Below are positions 37,496-50,110 of a stretch of DNA of 64,000 nucleotides, piece by piece. Origin of the DNA: Lama glama. Its lineage: Eukaryota. The notes beneath the pieces are model-generated. The model had not been told where the DNA came from and did not search any database. It was given only the letters and a program-made list of their open reading frames with translations. The translations under genes were made by a program, and so were the position numbers. The stretch lies in NCBI GenBank assembly GCA_028534125.1, contig CM052820.1:1550001-1614000 (forward strand). The letters are read 5' to 3'. Within the stretch, counting starts at the first letter, position 1. Every line of letters begins with the position of its first letter.

Positions 37496-39319
37496 CCCAG
37501 GAAGGCAGGGCTGCTGCCTCCGGGCTGCAGGAAGGGCGCCAGAGAGCTGACTGCTGAAGGTGTCCCCACGTGCCAGAGGGGTGCGTGTCGGGGCGTGTGT
37601 GCTGGGCTCCCGAAGGGTCAGGTTTCGGGTGTTCTGTGGGCTGGTGAAAGAAGTTGCAAGAGTGAAGATGGCCCCCAGCCTTGACCACTCACTCACGGGC
37701 CCACCTCTGAGGCTTGTGGTCAGGCCGGGGTGCCCTCTGCCCCTCCCTGGACTTGCTCCTCCGTCACCCCTGCAGCCGGAGCGTGTCCCGGGAGCAGGCA
37801 TCTGTCTGCTCAGAGCCTCACCACCAGCTGAGGGGCCTTGTCTCTCCGTCGCGCCTGCATCAGTTTTGGGGAAGGCACCTATGGCGGGGTGGGGCATTGC
37901 TCACCTTGTGGGGGGTCCATCAGGGCCTCCTGGATGGCACTGCAGATCAGACACCAGAACTGGGGGTACCTTCTCCCACCGCCAGCTGTGCTCGAGGCCT
38001 GGAGTCCAGTTACCCAGAGCCATGATCCCACAGCCCTGCACCAGGGAGGGAGGGAAGAGGAGGCGGGGAGCAGGGCAAACGTGGTCCACACGCCTGGTTT
38101 GATGCTGTCTCTTAAGAGATACTTCTCACTCTGTCTCCTCCTCCTCCGGGGCTGGCTCAGTGCTGTAGGCCAGGCCTCCCTCGTCTTCCTCGGACCAGCA
38201 CAGCCACTGCCGCCTGGCCTGCTGTCTCTGGCCTTCTCTGCATGGCCACCGGCGTGATCTTCCCGTCACGAGTGGTTGGGTGGCTTCCTGTGCCAGGCCC
38301 TTCTGTGGCTCTCCCTACCTGTGGAGGAGTGCGCCCAGGGGCCCTCATGATTCCACGTGGTCCTCCGGCCCCCTGCTGCCGCCCCCACACTCCACGGGGC
38401 CCCGTCATCCCTGCACTGCGTGCCCTCTGAGCCTCGCACGTGCTCCTTTGTCTGCTTAGGGGGAGCTGGCCAGGCGCTGGGAGGTGGGACTGAGGACCAG
38501 GGAGCTTGGGGCTGAGGTTGGAGCCAGTGTCCGAGGGCACCCGTGCCCACGACCCTGTGTGCCCTGCCCACGTGCACCCAGGCACAGCTGGCCGGTCCCA
38601 GGGTAGGTGGTCGCCGCCACCACCCACCTCTCCCTTCCTGTCCCCCTGGCCGGGCCGCCTGCTGCAGGGCCGGAGTCTGGCTGTTCTGTCTCTGCTGGAG
38701 CCCTGTGGGAGCCCGTGTGTACGCATGTGTGTGAGTGTTCAGGCCAGCAGTGCCTGCGGGAACTGGGCTGTTTCTCGGTGACTCAGCAGGCTTGAGCTCC
38801 TGCCATCCCTGTGTGCGCCCTGTGCTTGGACAATTATGAATCACTTGCTTGCTTCTTGATTTGCGTCAATCAAACCACATGTGAGGAAAGCAGCAGAGAG
38901 CAGCGGGGCTTTGCCGGGAGCCCGGCGTCCAGCGCGGGGACGCTGGCCAGGGACAGCCTCAGGAGGCCAGCCGGCCGCGTCCTGGTGGTCGGGGGTGGTC
39001 TGGGCTGCAGGCTGGGGCGGCTTCCGCCCAGCTCCTCCTCCCTTCCCCACCCCGGACCTCGGTAAGCGGGGTGATGCCGGCTCCCCCTGCGCCTCGCTGG
39101 TTTCCTCCCTGCGATCCTGTGGCCAGAGGGACGGCGTCACAGTTACGGGAACGTGTACAGTTTCCGGGAGAGCCTCGGGTCTGTTCTGCTGCAGAATCAC
39201 TTTAGGACATGGCTCTTTGAAAAGATTTCTTGTAAGAAAGGCCTCACTTAAAAAGGCAGAAATACACACACACACATACAAGATATAATATACATCACAC
39301 GGAGTACATACATTACATA

Positions 39320-39398
39320 TGAAATACATTATAACTGAATCACTATGCTGCGCAAGGAAACGCAACAGTGTGAACCGTCTGCACATCGATCAAAAAAT
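39320..39398 (+). mobile_element. Cetartiodactyl-type L1 extreme 3' end
   Basis: tataactgaatcactatgctg...caacagtgtgaacc...atcaaaaaa, preceded by an (AC)/(AT)-rich tract. Confidence 0.7.
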
Positions 39399-40369
39399 GA
39401 AAGTAACCAGAAAGGGCTGTCAGTGCTCCTGAGGTCCCGTCACACCCGAGGGAAGGGCAGTGACTTGGAGGGCAGGCCCGGAAGGCCCTGGGAGGCAGGA
39501 GGTCGCTTTAGTCCGGCCCAGGGACTCCGGACCCCGTGCTGCCGAGCGGCCCCTGGGCTGCGGTTTGCCGAGTCCCCGAGTAGCTGTGCTCCATGCCCAC
39601 GAGGAAGCCCTGGGGGCCAGGGCTGGCTGGGGCGGGCGTCCTGACACCGGCAGTCTCCTTGCTTGCTTTGGTTAGTCTTGTTTGAAGTAGGCAGGTGAGG
39701 TTCTTCTTCTCGCTGTGAAGGTTGCTTCTGCATTCCTGTAGTTTACATCGAAGCTGACGGGCTGGTTACCTGGCTGATCCCAGCCGACTCGCATCTTTGG
39801 GAACGTTACTGCCCAGCGTCCCAGCTGGTGTCCCGGCCAAAGCTCTGCTGCTCTGTCCCTGCGTTTGTCTCGAAGGGACAGCTGAGCGGACCTCTTGCGA
39901 TCTTTCCATTCACTTCTGCATGTGCCTTTCAGCTCCCGCCCGCGGCGCTGTGCTGGGCCTGGGGACCCTGGCCACCCTGGCCACCTGGCCAGCCCTGCCG
40001 TCCCTGCCCCTGCAGGAGCGCAGCACAGGAGACTGGAAAAGGCAGCTTGCTCTCAGAGGTAGGAGGGTTGGGTGCCCCCAGGGACCTGGAGAGAAGGCCC
40101 CCGGGCCGCCCACTCCGTCCTGGAAGAGGGGCATGCTCCAGGGCTGGCCACGGGGCTTTGCGGTGGGCAGGGTGGAGCCCGGGCTCAGCGCCTGGCAGTG
40201 CAGGCCTCCTCGCACGGGGAGACCGAGGCCTGAGCAGCAGATGGTGTCCCAGGCCTGCCAGTGAACTGTGACGAAAGGGTCAGACGTCTGGGGCGGAAAG
40301 ACAAAGGACAGGGCTCTGGCCCCGCTACTAACAAGGACGGGGAGGGGCACGTTTCCTCTCCCCCGACGG

Positions 40370-41315
40370 CAGGTGGCAGCTCTGTGCGCTGAGTGCACGC
40401 AGTTTCGGCGTATTCACAGGGTGGAGTGCCTCCAGCGCGGTAGGGGTTAGACCCTGCTGCCCGTAACCACCCCCTCACCAGCCTTGGGCAGCCACCAGTC
40501 CGCTTTCTGTCTCTGCGGTGTGTGTTCCGGCCTTGCGTTTACACGGGACGAGACGGGGTTCGGTCTCCCGCGCTGGCTCCTCCACTCAGCACGTTCGAGG
40601 TTCCTCCGCGCGGCAGCCTGTGTCCACTCTTGGCCCTTCCTGTTGCTCCGCTGCGGACAGACCGCGCTTGGCTAGTCCACCTGTTGATGGACGTTGGTTG
40701 ATCGCTGCTTTTCGGCCGTTAACGCCTCATTGTGAGCGTTCTTGCCTAGGTTTTTGGCAGGACATACGTTTTCGCCTGTCTTGGGTGTAAGTATGCCTAG
40801 CAGTGGAGTTTCTGGATCGCGTGGTAACTTGATGTTTAACCGTTTGGGGAGCCGTCAGACTGTCCCCCACCAGTGGCGCGCGAGGGCTCTGATGCCCCCC
40901 ATCCTCTCCCACAGCGGCTGTTGTCCGACCTTCCGACCCTCCCCGCCCTGGTGGCTGTGAGGTGGTCTCTCAATGCAGTTTTGATTTGAGCTTCCCTGAC
41001 GACTGAGGATGTCGGGTACTTTTTTACGGGCTTATTGGCCATTTCGTGTATCCTCTTTGGAGAAGCGTCTTCTTGGGCCCTTCACCCACTTCTAAAGTTG
41101 GGAGGTTTGCCTCTTTACTGGTGAGCTGTAGCGTTTCCCTGTGTTCTAGATACAGCTCTTTTGTCAGGTGCATGGCTTGCAAATACTCCGTCCCATCCTG
41201 TGAGCTGCCTTTTCCTTTTCTGGGTTGTGTCCGTAGAAGCACAACAGTTTTTAGTTTTGCTGAGGGCTGCTGAATTTGTCCTTCTGTTGCTTTTGTGTTT
41301 GTTGTCGCATCCGAG
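40370..41315 (-). mobile_element. L1MA/L1MB-type LINE-1 3' UTR and ORF2 C-terminal remnant
   Basis: ORF 40836..41042 (-) MANKPVKKYPTSSVVREAQIKTALRDHLT...DNSRCGRG resembles L1 ORF2p [29 protein letters not shown]...NNKCWRG; UTR motifs 'ggcagccaccagtccgctttctgtctct' and 'cacctgttgatggac'. Confidence 0.9.
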
Positions 41316-41672
41316 CTCTTTGCGGAGGTCGCATCAGGTTGACGGTGACGGTGGGGCCCTCCTCTGGGGGGTCCTGACTGACTGTGTCCAACTTACATGT
41401 CGAAAGGCTTCTCAGGCTCTTGCGAGAGGGGCGTTTTTCATCGCCTCGCTGGGTTCTGCAGCGTTCTAACCACGACTCCCTTTTCCCACAGTCGGTTTTA
41501 ATTGAATGTCCGTGGGAAAATGTCCAAGCAAACTGCAGCTTTGCAGAGAGAACCGAGTTTCTTTGTTGGTTGGTTTCAGCCGTGGTTTTTCAGCGTTTCT
41601 GTGCGCAGTTTGTTGGAATCTGGCGTCACGCTGTGAATTTTCGCTGAGTGGCAGAGCTGGCCTTGCTGGACA

Positions 41673-41736
41673 GCCCAGCATTGGGGCGGTGCCTTCTCTC
41701 TCCAGACTGAAATCCCCAAACATTCTGAAGGGCCTG
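41673..41736 (+). repeat. Copy 1 of a 64-bp diverged direct repeat (partner at 42647-42710)
   Basis: Ungapped alignment with 53/64 identities, counted by hand. Confidence 0.85.
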
Positions 41737-42319
41737 TGAGACGTTCAGATGTTCAGCTCCCCTCGCTGGTAGTTTAACCGTGGGGCACGGAGCACTCGGG
41801 ACTCCATCGGACGTGGAGACAGGCGTCCTGGGAGGTGAGGCTGGGAGCAGGGGTGCAGACCTGGCCCCCCAGTCACTCCCTGTCACCAGCTCGGCCACCC
41901 AGGCTTCCTGTCTGTGAGACGGGGTGACGGCTGCCTCTGCCTCAGAGTCAGGAAGCCTCCCCGTCCGTGGTGGCAGTGGTCCTTGTCAGCAGTCACCCCG
42001 AACGAGGGTTCGGTTGGTTCAGTCCAGTTGAGTGTTTGGGCCGCTCGGAAAGTGGCGACGTTTGAAACGGAGAGCCCAGCGTGTGAAACGTGGGTGACTC
42101 GGAATAGGCATCGCCTCGCTGGCCGCCTGGGAACAGAGCACCGAACACCGGCTTCTTACTCGGTCGGGTCCTGACTCTCTCATTCCCTTCAGGTACACTT
42201 TGATGAGAAGTGAAGAGCTGTGTGTCTTCGTCAGATAAACCCAGTCCTTTGATTCGAAGGGTTTTTTTTGAGCGATGTAACTGATTAGGGTGTGTTTAGT
42301 ATATATATATTTTTTTACT

Positions 42320-42445
42320 CATTTCTCTTTTTTTCCTGAAGCGTAGTTGATTTACAGCGTTAGTTTCAGGCACAGAGCGAAGCGGCTCAGTTATACGTAC
42401 ACAGAGCACATACGTTTTCTCTTCAGACTCTTTTCCGTCAGTTGT
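42320..42445 (-). mobile_element. Cetartiodactyl-type L1 extreme 3' end
   Basis: tgaagcgtagttgatttacag...ttagtttcagg...tcagttatacgtac...ttcagactcttttcc. Confidence 0.8.
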
Positions 42446-42646
42446 ATTAATCCAAATAGTCACCATTTTTTACAATGAGGAAAGGTCGCTTTGCATTTTC
42501 CTTGCCAAAAGCTAGCCTAGCAGCATGTGCCTTACTCTGTGTTGGGTTTTCCCGAGGTATGAGCTACGGGCCGCTTAAGCGAGGCTGTGACGCCCGCAGG
42601 TGACGCCCGCAGCCATGGCCGTCTGTCGGCTGGCCGGCTCGCGCCT

Positions 42647-42710
42647 GCCCAGCGTTAGGGAGGTTCTTTCTCTCCCCAGACTAAACTTCCCAAACATTCT
42701 GAAGTGACTG
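42647..42710 (+). repeat. Copy 2 of the 64-bp diverged direct repeat (partner at 41673-41736)
   Basis: Shares the core cccaaacattctgaag; 53/64 identities. Confidence 0.85.
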
Positions 42711-43786
42711 TTCCAGTGACTTTAAAAAGGCAGGTTACTCCCCACTTGCCTGCATAATAAATTATAAAAATCTTGAGCATAAATGGAACTTGCTTGTTTG
42801 GTTCAATTCCCAGGAGACTTAAAAGCTGTATCGAGCCTACTTAAGGTGTACGCGTTTAGTTTCTCAGCCCCCAGATTCTTAGTTCTTGCTCTCGAGTCTC
42901 ATCTTCAAGGGCCCTCCTCCTTTTCCGTAGCTCCACGCGTCGCTGTTTCCATGCAGCATCCCCTGGGTTTTGCACCTCGCCCCTTCCCGCCCAGGTGGCG
43001 CCCGCAGGAAGACAACCGCGCGGTCCCGGAGGCTGCAGGTCCGCCCCTTGGCTCGGTGAGCGCTACCCCCCGCCCCTTCCTGCTGCGTCAGCATCAGTGC
43101 GTGTCTGTTTTTATCATCCGTCAGTGCCCTGACACATGGACCCGGGACAGACAGCAAAGCATTGGCACCGCTGCTCTGCCGAGGCTGTGTGGCAGCCGAC
43201 AGCACCGCCGCCGGGGCGCCTCATAGGAACAACCTGCTCTCTCGGAGCCCCCCGCCTGTGTGTTGTATCGGGACGCCATCGATGGGGAGAGAGCTTGTCT
43301 GAGGAGCGGGGGGCCTTGGCCAGTTCTGCCGAGCCTTCGTGACCTCACAGGACAGGAGCCAAGCCCGTCGCTGCTGGCTCGTCACCGCAGCCGGTGTGTG
43401 GACGGCGGCTTTCCCGCCTACGACGTGCTTGCCAGACCCGCAGCGTCTCGAGTTTGAGTGCCTCGAGTTGCCCTCATGGGCCAGCCTTTGGTCTAGGAAG
43501 TCGGCTCTGAGCACGTGGTGGGGTGGCAGGTGCAGCTGGGTGGCGGCCCTCAGAGGGCACTGCAGCCCCTCCTGAGCTGGCGGCTCCTGCCTGGGGATCT
43601 GGCTCGTGGGAGCGGCGCCTCCCGCAGCTGCCCCGCAGCCCCGGCGCACCTGGCGCCCCGCTGTCCTCCGTGTCGGCATGCTTTTTGGGTGTATGAGTGA
43701 TGCGGGTGCATGGACGGCTTCCTTTGATCTCTCGCTGAGCTGAGCGCTGGTGTGCACGTCAGGAGTGTCTCCTGACCGACGTCCCC

Positions 43787-43827
43787 CAGCGGCAGTGGCA
43801 GCGGCAGTGGCAGCGGCAGCGGCAGCG
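43787..43827. repeat. (GGCAGY)n hexamer microsatellite
   Basis: cagc ggcagt ggcagc ggcagt ggcagc ggcagc ggcagc g. Confidence 0.9.
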
Positions 43828-46800
43828 CTTAGAGCAGAGCGGCCCTAAGCTCAGCCACCAAAGTAACTGGCCCCCTCAGCTTTCCCGGCAGCAGATCTGC
43901 ACCTGCCTGCTGTTCCCTGGGGCTGCTGGGGCTGCTGGGGCTCGCCTGACCCCTTGGCCCCAAGCCCGTCGGGGTGCCCGCGCCCAGGGGTCCTCCGGTG
44001 GGCCTCTCTGCACGAGGCTGGATGCCCGTTTCCTCCCAGAACCTCTCGTTTTCCCTGCTCTGTCTCATCTGCCCCTGGTGGACAGTGGATGGAAAAGCAA
44101 AAAGAAGTCTGCTGTCACGCCCTGCTTCTCAGTTTCCTGAGAGATCTGGTTCCCTTTTTTCCACCCCAGCCTGGAGAGGGGCCTCACCTGTGACAGGAGA
44201 TGGGGGTCGGCTGGCCACCCCATCACCCCCGGGACCCCTGCTTTCCCAGGCCCTCAGGTGCTTCTTGGTGAAGGGCGAGGGCCCGCCCCACCCCACCCTG
44301 CCCCCCAGGCTGTTCTGAGGTAAAGCCTGTGTGTTTGGGGGATGCTCGTAAGAGTAGGTGCGCCTGAAGCTTTGTGACTCCTCTTTGTGATGTCAGACCT
44401 GGGGGGAGAAGCTTGCTCAGTTTCCTGGTGACTGTCTTCACTCTTGACGTGGGGCACATTGACTCCACGTTGTCCACGTCACATTCTACCCCGAGAAACT
44501 CTGAACCTCTCCGGTCTCTGTATCTCTCGGCCTGTCGGCAGGCCCCCTGCCCATCCCTGGAGGCTGCCTGCTCTCAGCGCCCCTTCGCCTTGAAAGAAGA
44601 GGAAATGAATGAGGAGTCAGATAAATTTTAAAAATGACAATCAAATAGATATTTCCTGATTATTTTGATAAACCTTTGATTTAATTTAGACAAGAGCTGG
44701 GGGAAAATGCTGGTTGATGCGTGGAATTCAAGGAGAGCTTTGTAGTTTGATGTACAGGTTTTTGAAAATGTTTGATGATCTTTGTCTGTCTTTTAGGAAA
44801 GCACTTTTGTTCTTAGGTGAGATGACATTTGAAACACTCCATGTTTTGAGGAGTTATTCTCTAAATCCAGAAGCTAGAAACAATGGGTTAAACTTTGTGT
44901 TGAAAATCGACCAGCTGACCTAGAGTGGCTCTGGGTCCCTGGCTGAGGCTGGCGAGGACAGCGCGGGAGCCCTGTGCCCCAGGCTGGAGGCTTCGGGGAG
45001 GGGCTGCCGTCTGGCTGCTTCTCCGTGATCACATCTCCGTAGCCCCATACCAAACACATGGAGGCGGAGCGCTGCCTGTGCGCAGGCCCTTTCGTGTGAG
45101 AGCCCTTATGGTCCGCTTGGCCACGTACTCCCTCCGCACGCGCCTCCTGAGGAAGAGAGTGCTGCGGAGCTGTGGTGTGCCGTTTCCGGCTGTGGCTGAT
45201 TTTTGAGTGCACAGCTCTCTATAGCTGCTGTCGTGTGCAGAGCCCTTCTGGGAACGTTCGTGGATGGTTGCTGCCTTCATGGCACCCTGAGGGGCTGGGA
45301 GTCCCTGCTGACCGCTGAGTCCTGGACCCCTGGGCCGTGCTGGGCTGGGGCGGGCCTGGTGCCCCGGTGCGGGCTGTCGGGCCCTGGTGCGTCTCAGGCT
45401 TGACAGCGTCCCTGTGGGGGTCAGCCCCGACCTAGAGGGGGTCTGGGTGTCCCCGCTGCAGCCAGTGGAAGTGGGGCAACTGCCCAAACGGGGACAAAGG
45501 CCGGAAGCAGGTGGCTGCCCCGGCGGCACCCCCTCGGCCCCCCGGGCTGTCCTCGCTGCACCGGAGGCGCCCGCGGAGCAGACGCTGGGCACTTTGTGGC
45601 TTTGAGGGCTCGGGGCAGGCAGTGGGTTCTCTTTGCTTTGAGAAGGCCTGTTCCTGAGCACGAGCCCTTGGTTCTCGGGAGGAGGATGTTTTTGAAACCA
45701 CACCTGTGGTCGGCCTCCGAGTAGATTCCTGATAAGAGAGTCCTGCCGTGTTTGCCGAGAAAACACAAGCTCAAGAGGGAAGCGCTGCACGTCGCCGTGA
45801 AGCCTCTGCAGCGTTCGTAGCAGCTGTGATTTCTTCTTCCCGAGAGGCGTGCTTGGGCGGGGGGGCCAGCTCCCCCTGTGGGGAGGGCCATTTGTCACCT
45901 GGGGTCAGGTGGCTGTGTGCCGGGGCAGAGCTGACCGGGGACAGTGGCGTCCTTCCCTTGAGTGACCTCAGGAGGGGGGCCCAGGGCTCACTCCCGGCCG
46001 TTGGCTTCAGTGGGGCCTTGGTGGCCAGGCCCTCCTCTGTGGCCGGTGGCCCAGTGCCCTCTGACCTGCCGCGTGGCAGGAGAGGGCCTCTCTGAACCTG
46101 GAAAGCTCTGAGGCAGTTTACAGCTTGGGGACGACAGGAAAGCAAATTGCTGTGCTCCAGACAGCGTGGGGGAGTCCTGATCGGTGTCACGCCCGTGGGG
46201 AGTAAGGAAAGGGGTCTGTGGCCACGCCCCTATCGAGGGGCCGGCCAGTGGGCGCTGACACCTGGGACCCGCAGTGCGGGCAGCCTCCAAAGGGACACTG
46301 CCAGGCCTGGAAGCCGCGCCCCCCTTTTCTGAGGGGTGAATGGGGACAGGGTGCTCACGAAGGGACCCAAGGGTCCCAATGAGAAATCTGACTTACTCCT
46401 GCAGCGCCAGCGCCCTCTTGCTGCTCTGCGGGCTGCGGTCGGGGTGTGGGCACAGCGCCGTGTGTGAGCCCTGTTCTGGCTGAGCGGGGCTGGAAGGGCC
46501 TTCGTCCACCACGGATCACTGTCCTGGGGTCGGCCCTCTTGTCTGTGCCGTGCACCACATTCCTTCTTCCAGAATGAACCAGCGTATCTGCTGGGTGCCC
46601 TTCACGAGGAGCCTTGCTTTAAGCACATTTTTAACACACATTTGAAAACCAGCCCAACAAAACCCATTTCCTGCCCCCACCCTCTTTCAGCGCACTCGTA
46701 AGTGTAAGTTGAATCTGGAAATGCCTTTGCTTAATTTGCAAACCGAAGCCTAACTTGGCCTTCAGCAGTGCTCAGGGTCCTGGCTGAGCGCATGGAGGCG

Positions 46801-47317
46801 GTGGGGTCACTGCGCTGGGGAGCCCTGCTCTCTTTCTCGAGAGTTCGAGTGGGCATCTTGGTAAGCTCCTGGTGGGGGGGCGGGGGAGCCCTGAGATGGT
46901 GGAAGCCTGGGCGGGACCTCAGGCCTGGCTGAGCTGGTGCCCGCCTCCCGCCCGCGAGCTCCCGTCTGAATTGGCGAAGTAGTCCCTCTTCGGTTGACGC
47001 CAGCCATCCAAGGCCTGCCCTCTGACCGGCCGGCCCTGGTCGTCCTCCCCTCCTGGGCCCTGCTAGAACACACCCTCAGGCACTTCCTTGGGAGCTGCCT
47101 GTGTGGGGCCTCCCTTCCTCGGCTCCCATCCGCTGGCTCCCGTGTCCTCCGGCAGTGGCTGGTGCAGGCGCCCAGCAGTACCACCTGGTTGTCGGTGCCA
47201 AGAGCCACCCTGTCCAGGGAGTTCCCAGCCAGGCACTGAGCCCGGTGCTCCGCAGGGCAGGCATCACCCTGCTCGAGGGGTGAGCGGTGGGGCAGGCTGG
47301 GTGTTCTGCGCAGCGGG

Positions 47318-47811
47318 TGTCAGTGAAAAACACTGCCCGTCAGATCTGTACCCAAAGGACGCTGCAGCCTCAAGTCACCGGCTGCTACCCCGCCCCGGCC
47401 GTGAGCGGAGGGGACTCAGGACGCTGACAAGCAGGCAGCCGGCCTCTGAAGCCAACCCCAGGGGTGCCCCCCAAGCAGATTCAGGATGTGGAAGAACAGG
47501 ACACTGGCCCTGGAGAGCTAGCGTGCAGACCAAGGGATGGCTTCAGTGAGCCCAGGGCTTTGCACCTTCCCAGACACGGGGAAGCGCTCGATTCCCTGAC
47601 TTGAGGTGCCTGCTTTCTTTAATAGTCATCTTCTGATGTTCCGACTACCTGGTCTTTGTGGCAAAACTCTTACATGTCTTGGCTCCTCCCCCACCTCTTG
47701 GAAACAGTCTCTCAGGGCAATCGGAGAGGCCGCCTCCCGGGTTCACATCCTTAGAAAGTCCACTGAATAAAACATAACTCAACTTTTAGGCTGTGCATTT
47801 TTTCGTCGACA
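47318..47811 (+). mobile_element. Solo ERV1-class LTR (MER41-like, cetartiodactyl type), 494 bp
   Basis: TG...CA termini with imperfect inverted ends (TGTCAGTGAAAAA and TTTTTTCGTCGACA); AATAAA at 47766-47771 followed by 'cataactcaacttttaggctgtgcatttttt'. Confidence 0.85.
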
Positions 47812-48724
47812 CAGACATCAGGGCCCCCGTGTCTTTGGAACAACTCTGGTTTCTGGGCCCAGAGGCTGGAGCCCAGACTGTAAACAGACACAGAAAAAAT
47901 GTAGCATTTTATATCTTGGATGTGAATTTCGCAGTGACTCTGGCAGCGTGTGACGGGCAGTGTCTGTCTGCAGCGCGAGTTCTCAATCCTCAGTCTTAGG
48001 TATCTTCATCAACACCCCCTACCCAGGCCTTGGCTTCCCTGGGGATTTACGTGTGGCCTTCCGTGGGGCACACAGGCGTCCAGAGCATCTCCAGGTGTCC
48101 TGACTTCAGTGAGAGAGCCCCTCCCTGGCCTGACACTCATCCTGCTCACCCAAGACACCAGCTCATTGAACAGATGCTGGGCTGTTTCTTTGGTGTGTCA
48201 GGCAGGTGCCAGCCTCCTTCTCCAGCACATGTGGACTGGGGGTGTCCTTGTGTGCCCCCCGCCCCATGCCGCCTGGGCCTGGCCGCACCTGCTGGGTGTG
48301 CTGGGCGCTTGGACCTCGGGACCTGGGCTGCAGGGAGGCTGAGGACCCTGATGCCGGCACAGAGCTGACCCCGTGGTCAGACTGCCTCCCTGCTGGGGGT
48401 CATAGGCGGCCTCCACGCCCCAGGGGACCTGCTCCTCACAGAACCGGCCCGGCGTCTGTCTCTGAAGCCTTCAAGGGGAAGGCGCCGTCCCCTGGCGGGT
48501 GGGAGCTCAGGAAGGGGGCTCTCCTGACGCCCAGGGCACTGGGACTCCCGCCTGCTCTGCGCACTGAGGCCTCCAGACGGGACCCTCCAGGCGCCGGGGA
48601 AGCGCTGTCCCGGGCACGCTGTGCGCCGTGCGCTGCAGAGGCAGCGCTGGCCTCGGGGTTGGGGTGAGCCTGCGGCGAGTTTGGGGTGTCCTGGCCTCTG
48701 TTGACAAGTGATGAGGACATCGTC

Positions 48725-48935
48725 CACTTATTGAATACCAGGTAAACCCTGTTCTGGGTGCTTTGTTCTTAGTGACTTGATTAATCCTCACAAGGTTATG
48801 AGATCCAAGTGTTGTCCCCATGTTGTGATGAAGAAATCAGGGCATGAACGTGAAGGAATGAGGCTGCAAGCTCACAGCTGGCGAGGGGGGCGCCTGGTTG
48901 GCGGCCGGCGTGTGGGTCCAGAGTCCACCCACTCG
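48725..48935 (-). mobile_element. MIR SINE
   Basis: cacttattgaat...gtgcttt...ttaatcctcacaa...tatgag...ccccatgttgtgatgaagaaatcagggc...cacagct. Confidence 0.75.
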
Positions 48936-49809
48936 CGTTGAGCTGTTACACGCCTTTGTTGGCTGGCACCACGGCGGGTGTGTGTGTGTGCACGTACACA
49001 CAGGTTTGCAGGCATCACCATGTACCCAGACAGGCCTGGACACGCAGTCGGCAGAGGGGCCCCATCAAACGGGATGACACGACCACTGCCGAACCTCCCT
49101 GACAGGCACTACTCAGCTTCCGCCAACAGGGCCCCGCTTGGCGCTGGGACGTGAGTCCTGGACGTGTGGGGGGACGGGGGCAGGAACGAGGGGCTGTCCT
49201 CCGGCTCCTGAGTCCGCAGCCTCCCTCCCTGCGTGGGCTTGCCTTTGACAGCAGGTTCTCTCTGGTCGGCATCAGATGCCCTGCAGGTCCTGAAGGACCT
49301 CTCACATCTTCACGTCTCCTTTCCCTGCACGCCTCCCTCCTGCCTCCTCCCTCCAAGGCCATACTTCCCACTTAGTCTGTGATCTTTCTGGGCTGACCAG
49401 AAAGTACTGGAGAACTGTGGTGGGAGGAGCTGCAGGGAGGATCCTGACCAGAGCAGGCATTTATGAAGCCCCTGCTGGGTGCCCCCTGTGCTCTGAAATC
49501 TCTGACCCCAGCCGGCCTCCTAGGGCCCGGAGGAGTGAGTGGTAGGGTTGAGCGCTCTGTACAGAGAGAGGGTGCCGTGTACCCAAGGCCCTCTGGCCGG
49601 GGCCAGGGCACCCACTTCTGATCATCAGCACAGACTCGGAGCAGATGGTGTACAGTCTGAGCCCTGAGCCCCTGGGGACCCCAGGTGCTCTTACTCGCCA
49701 CCTGCTGCCGGCTTGGGCTCTGCTCTGTGCGACTCTCCAGGGAGCTGCCCATGCCTGCAGGTCGCCCGGATGTCTCAAAGCCTCAAGTCCGCCTGAGCTC
49801 GTCCTTCCG

Positions 49810-50110
49810 TCTCTGGGTGCCGACCACGTGTAGGACACCACTGGTGCTGGAGCTCTGCTCGCAAGGACAGGCAGCATGGTGAGAAAGACAAGTCATCCGT
49901 GCAGAGCGCCGCCGTGGAAGGTTCAAAAGTGTTGGTTCCATGACAGAGGGAATAAGTGCACGGGCTCTTCAGAGTGTGAGGGAGGGCAGGCTGGTGCCGG
50001 CGGCAGGAAGGAGACCCGGAGCTGGCCCGGGGGCTGCTGGGCTTTGAGAGTGCAGGGACGGGGGGTGTGGGGAGGTGGCCGGGGGTGGGAAGGGCGTGCC
50101 CCAGCTAGGG
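49810..50110 (-). mobile_element. Degraded L2 3' fragment
   Basis: gtgccgaccacgtgtagg...atgacagagggaataagtgcacgggctc...gggaagggcgtgccccag resembles antisense L2. Confidence 0.45.

Noticed and set aside
42171-42280. Strong acceptor (ctgac...cattcccttcAG at 42191-42192) as a coding exon
   Set aside because: All three frames reach a stop within about 45 nt and no strong donor follows; at most a non-coding or cryptic site.
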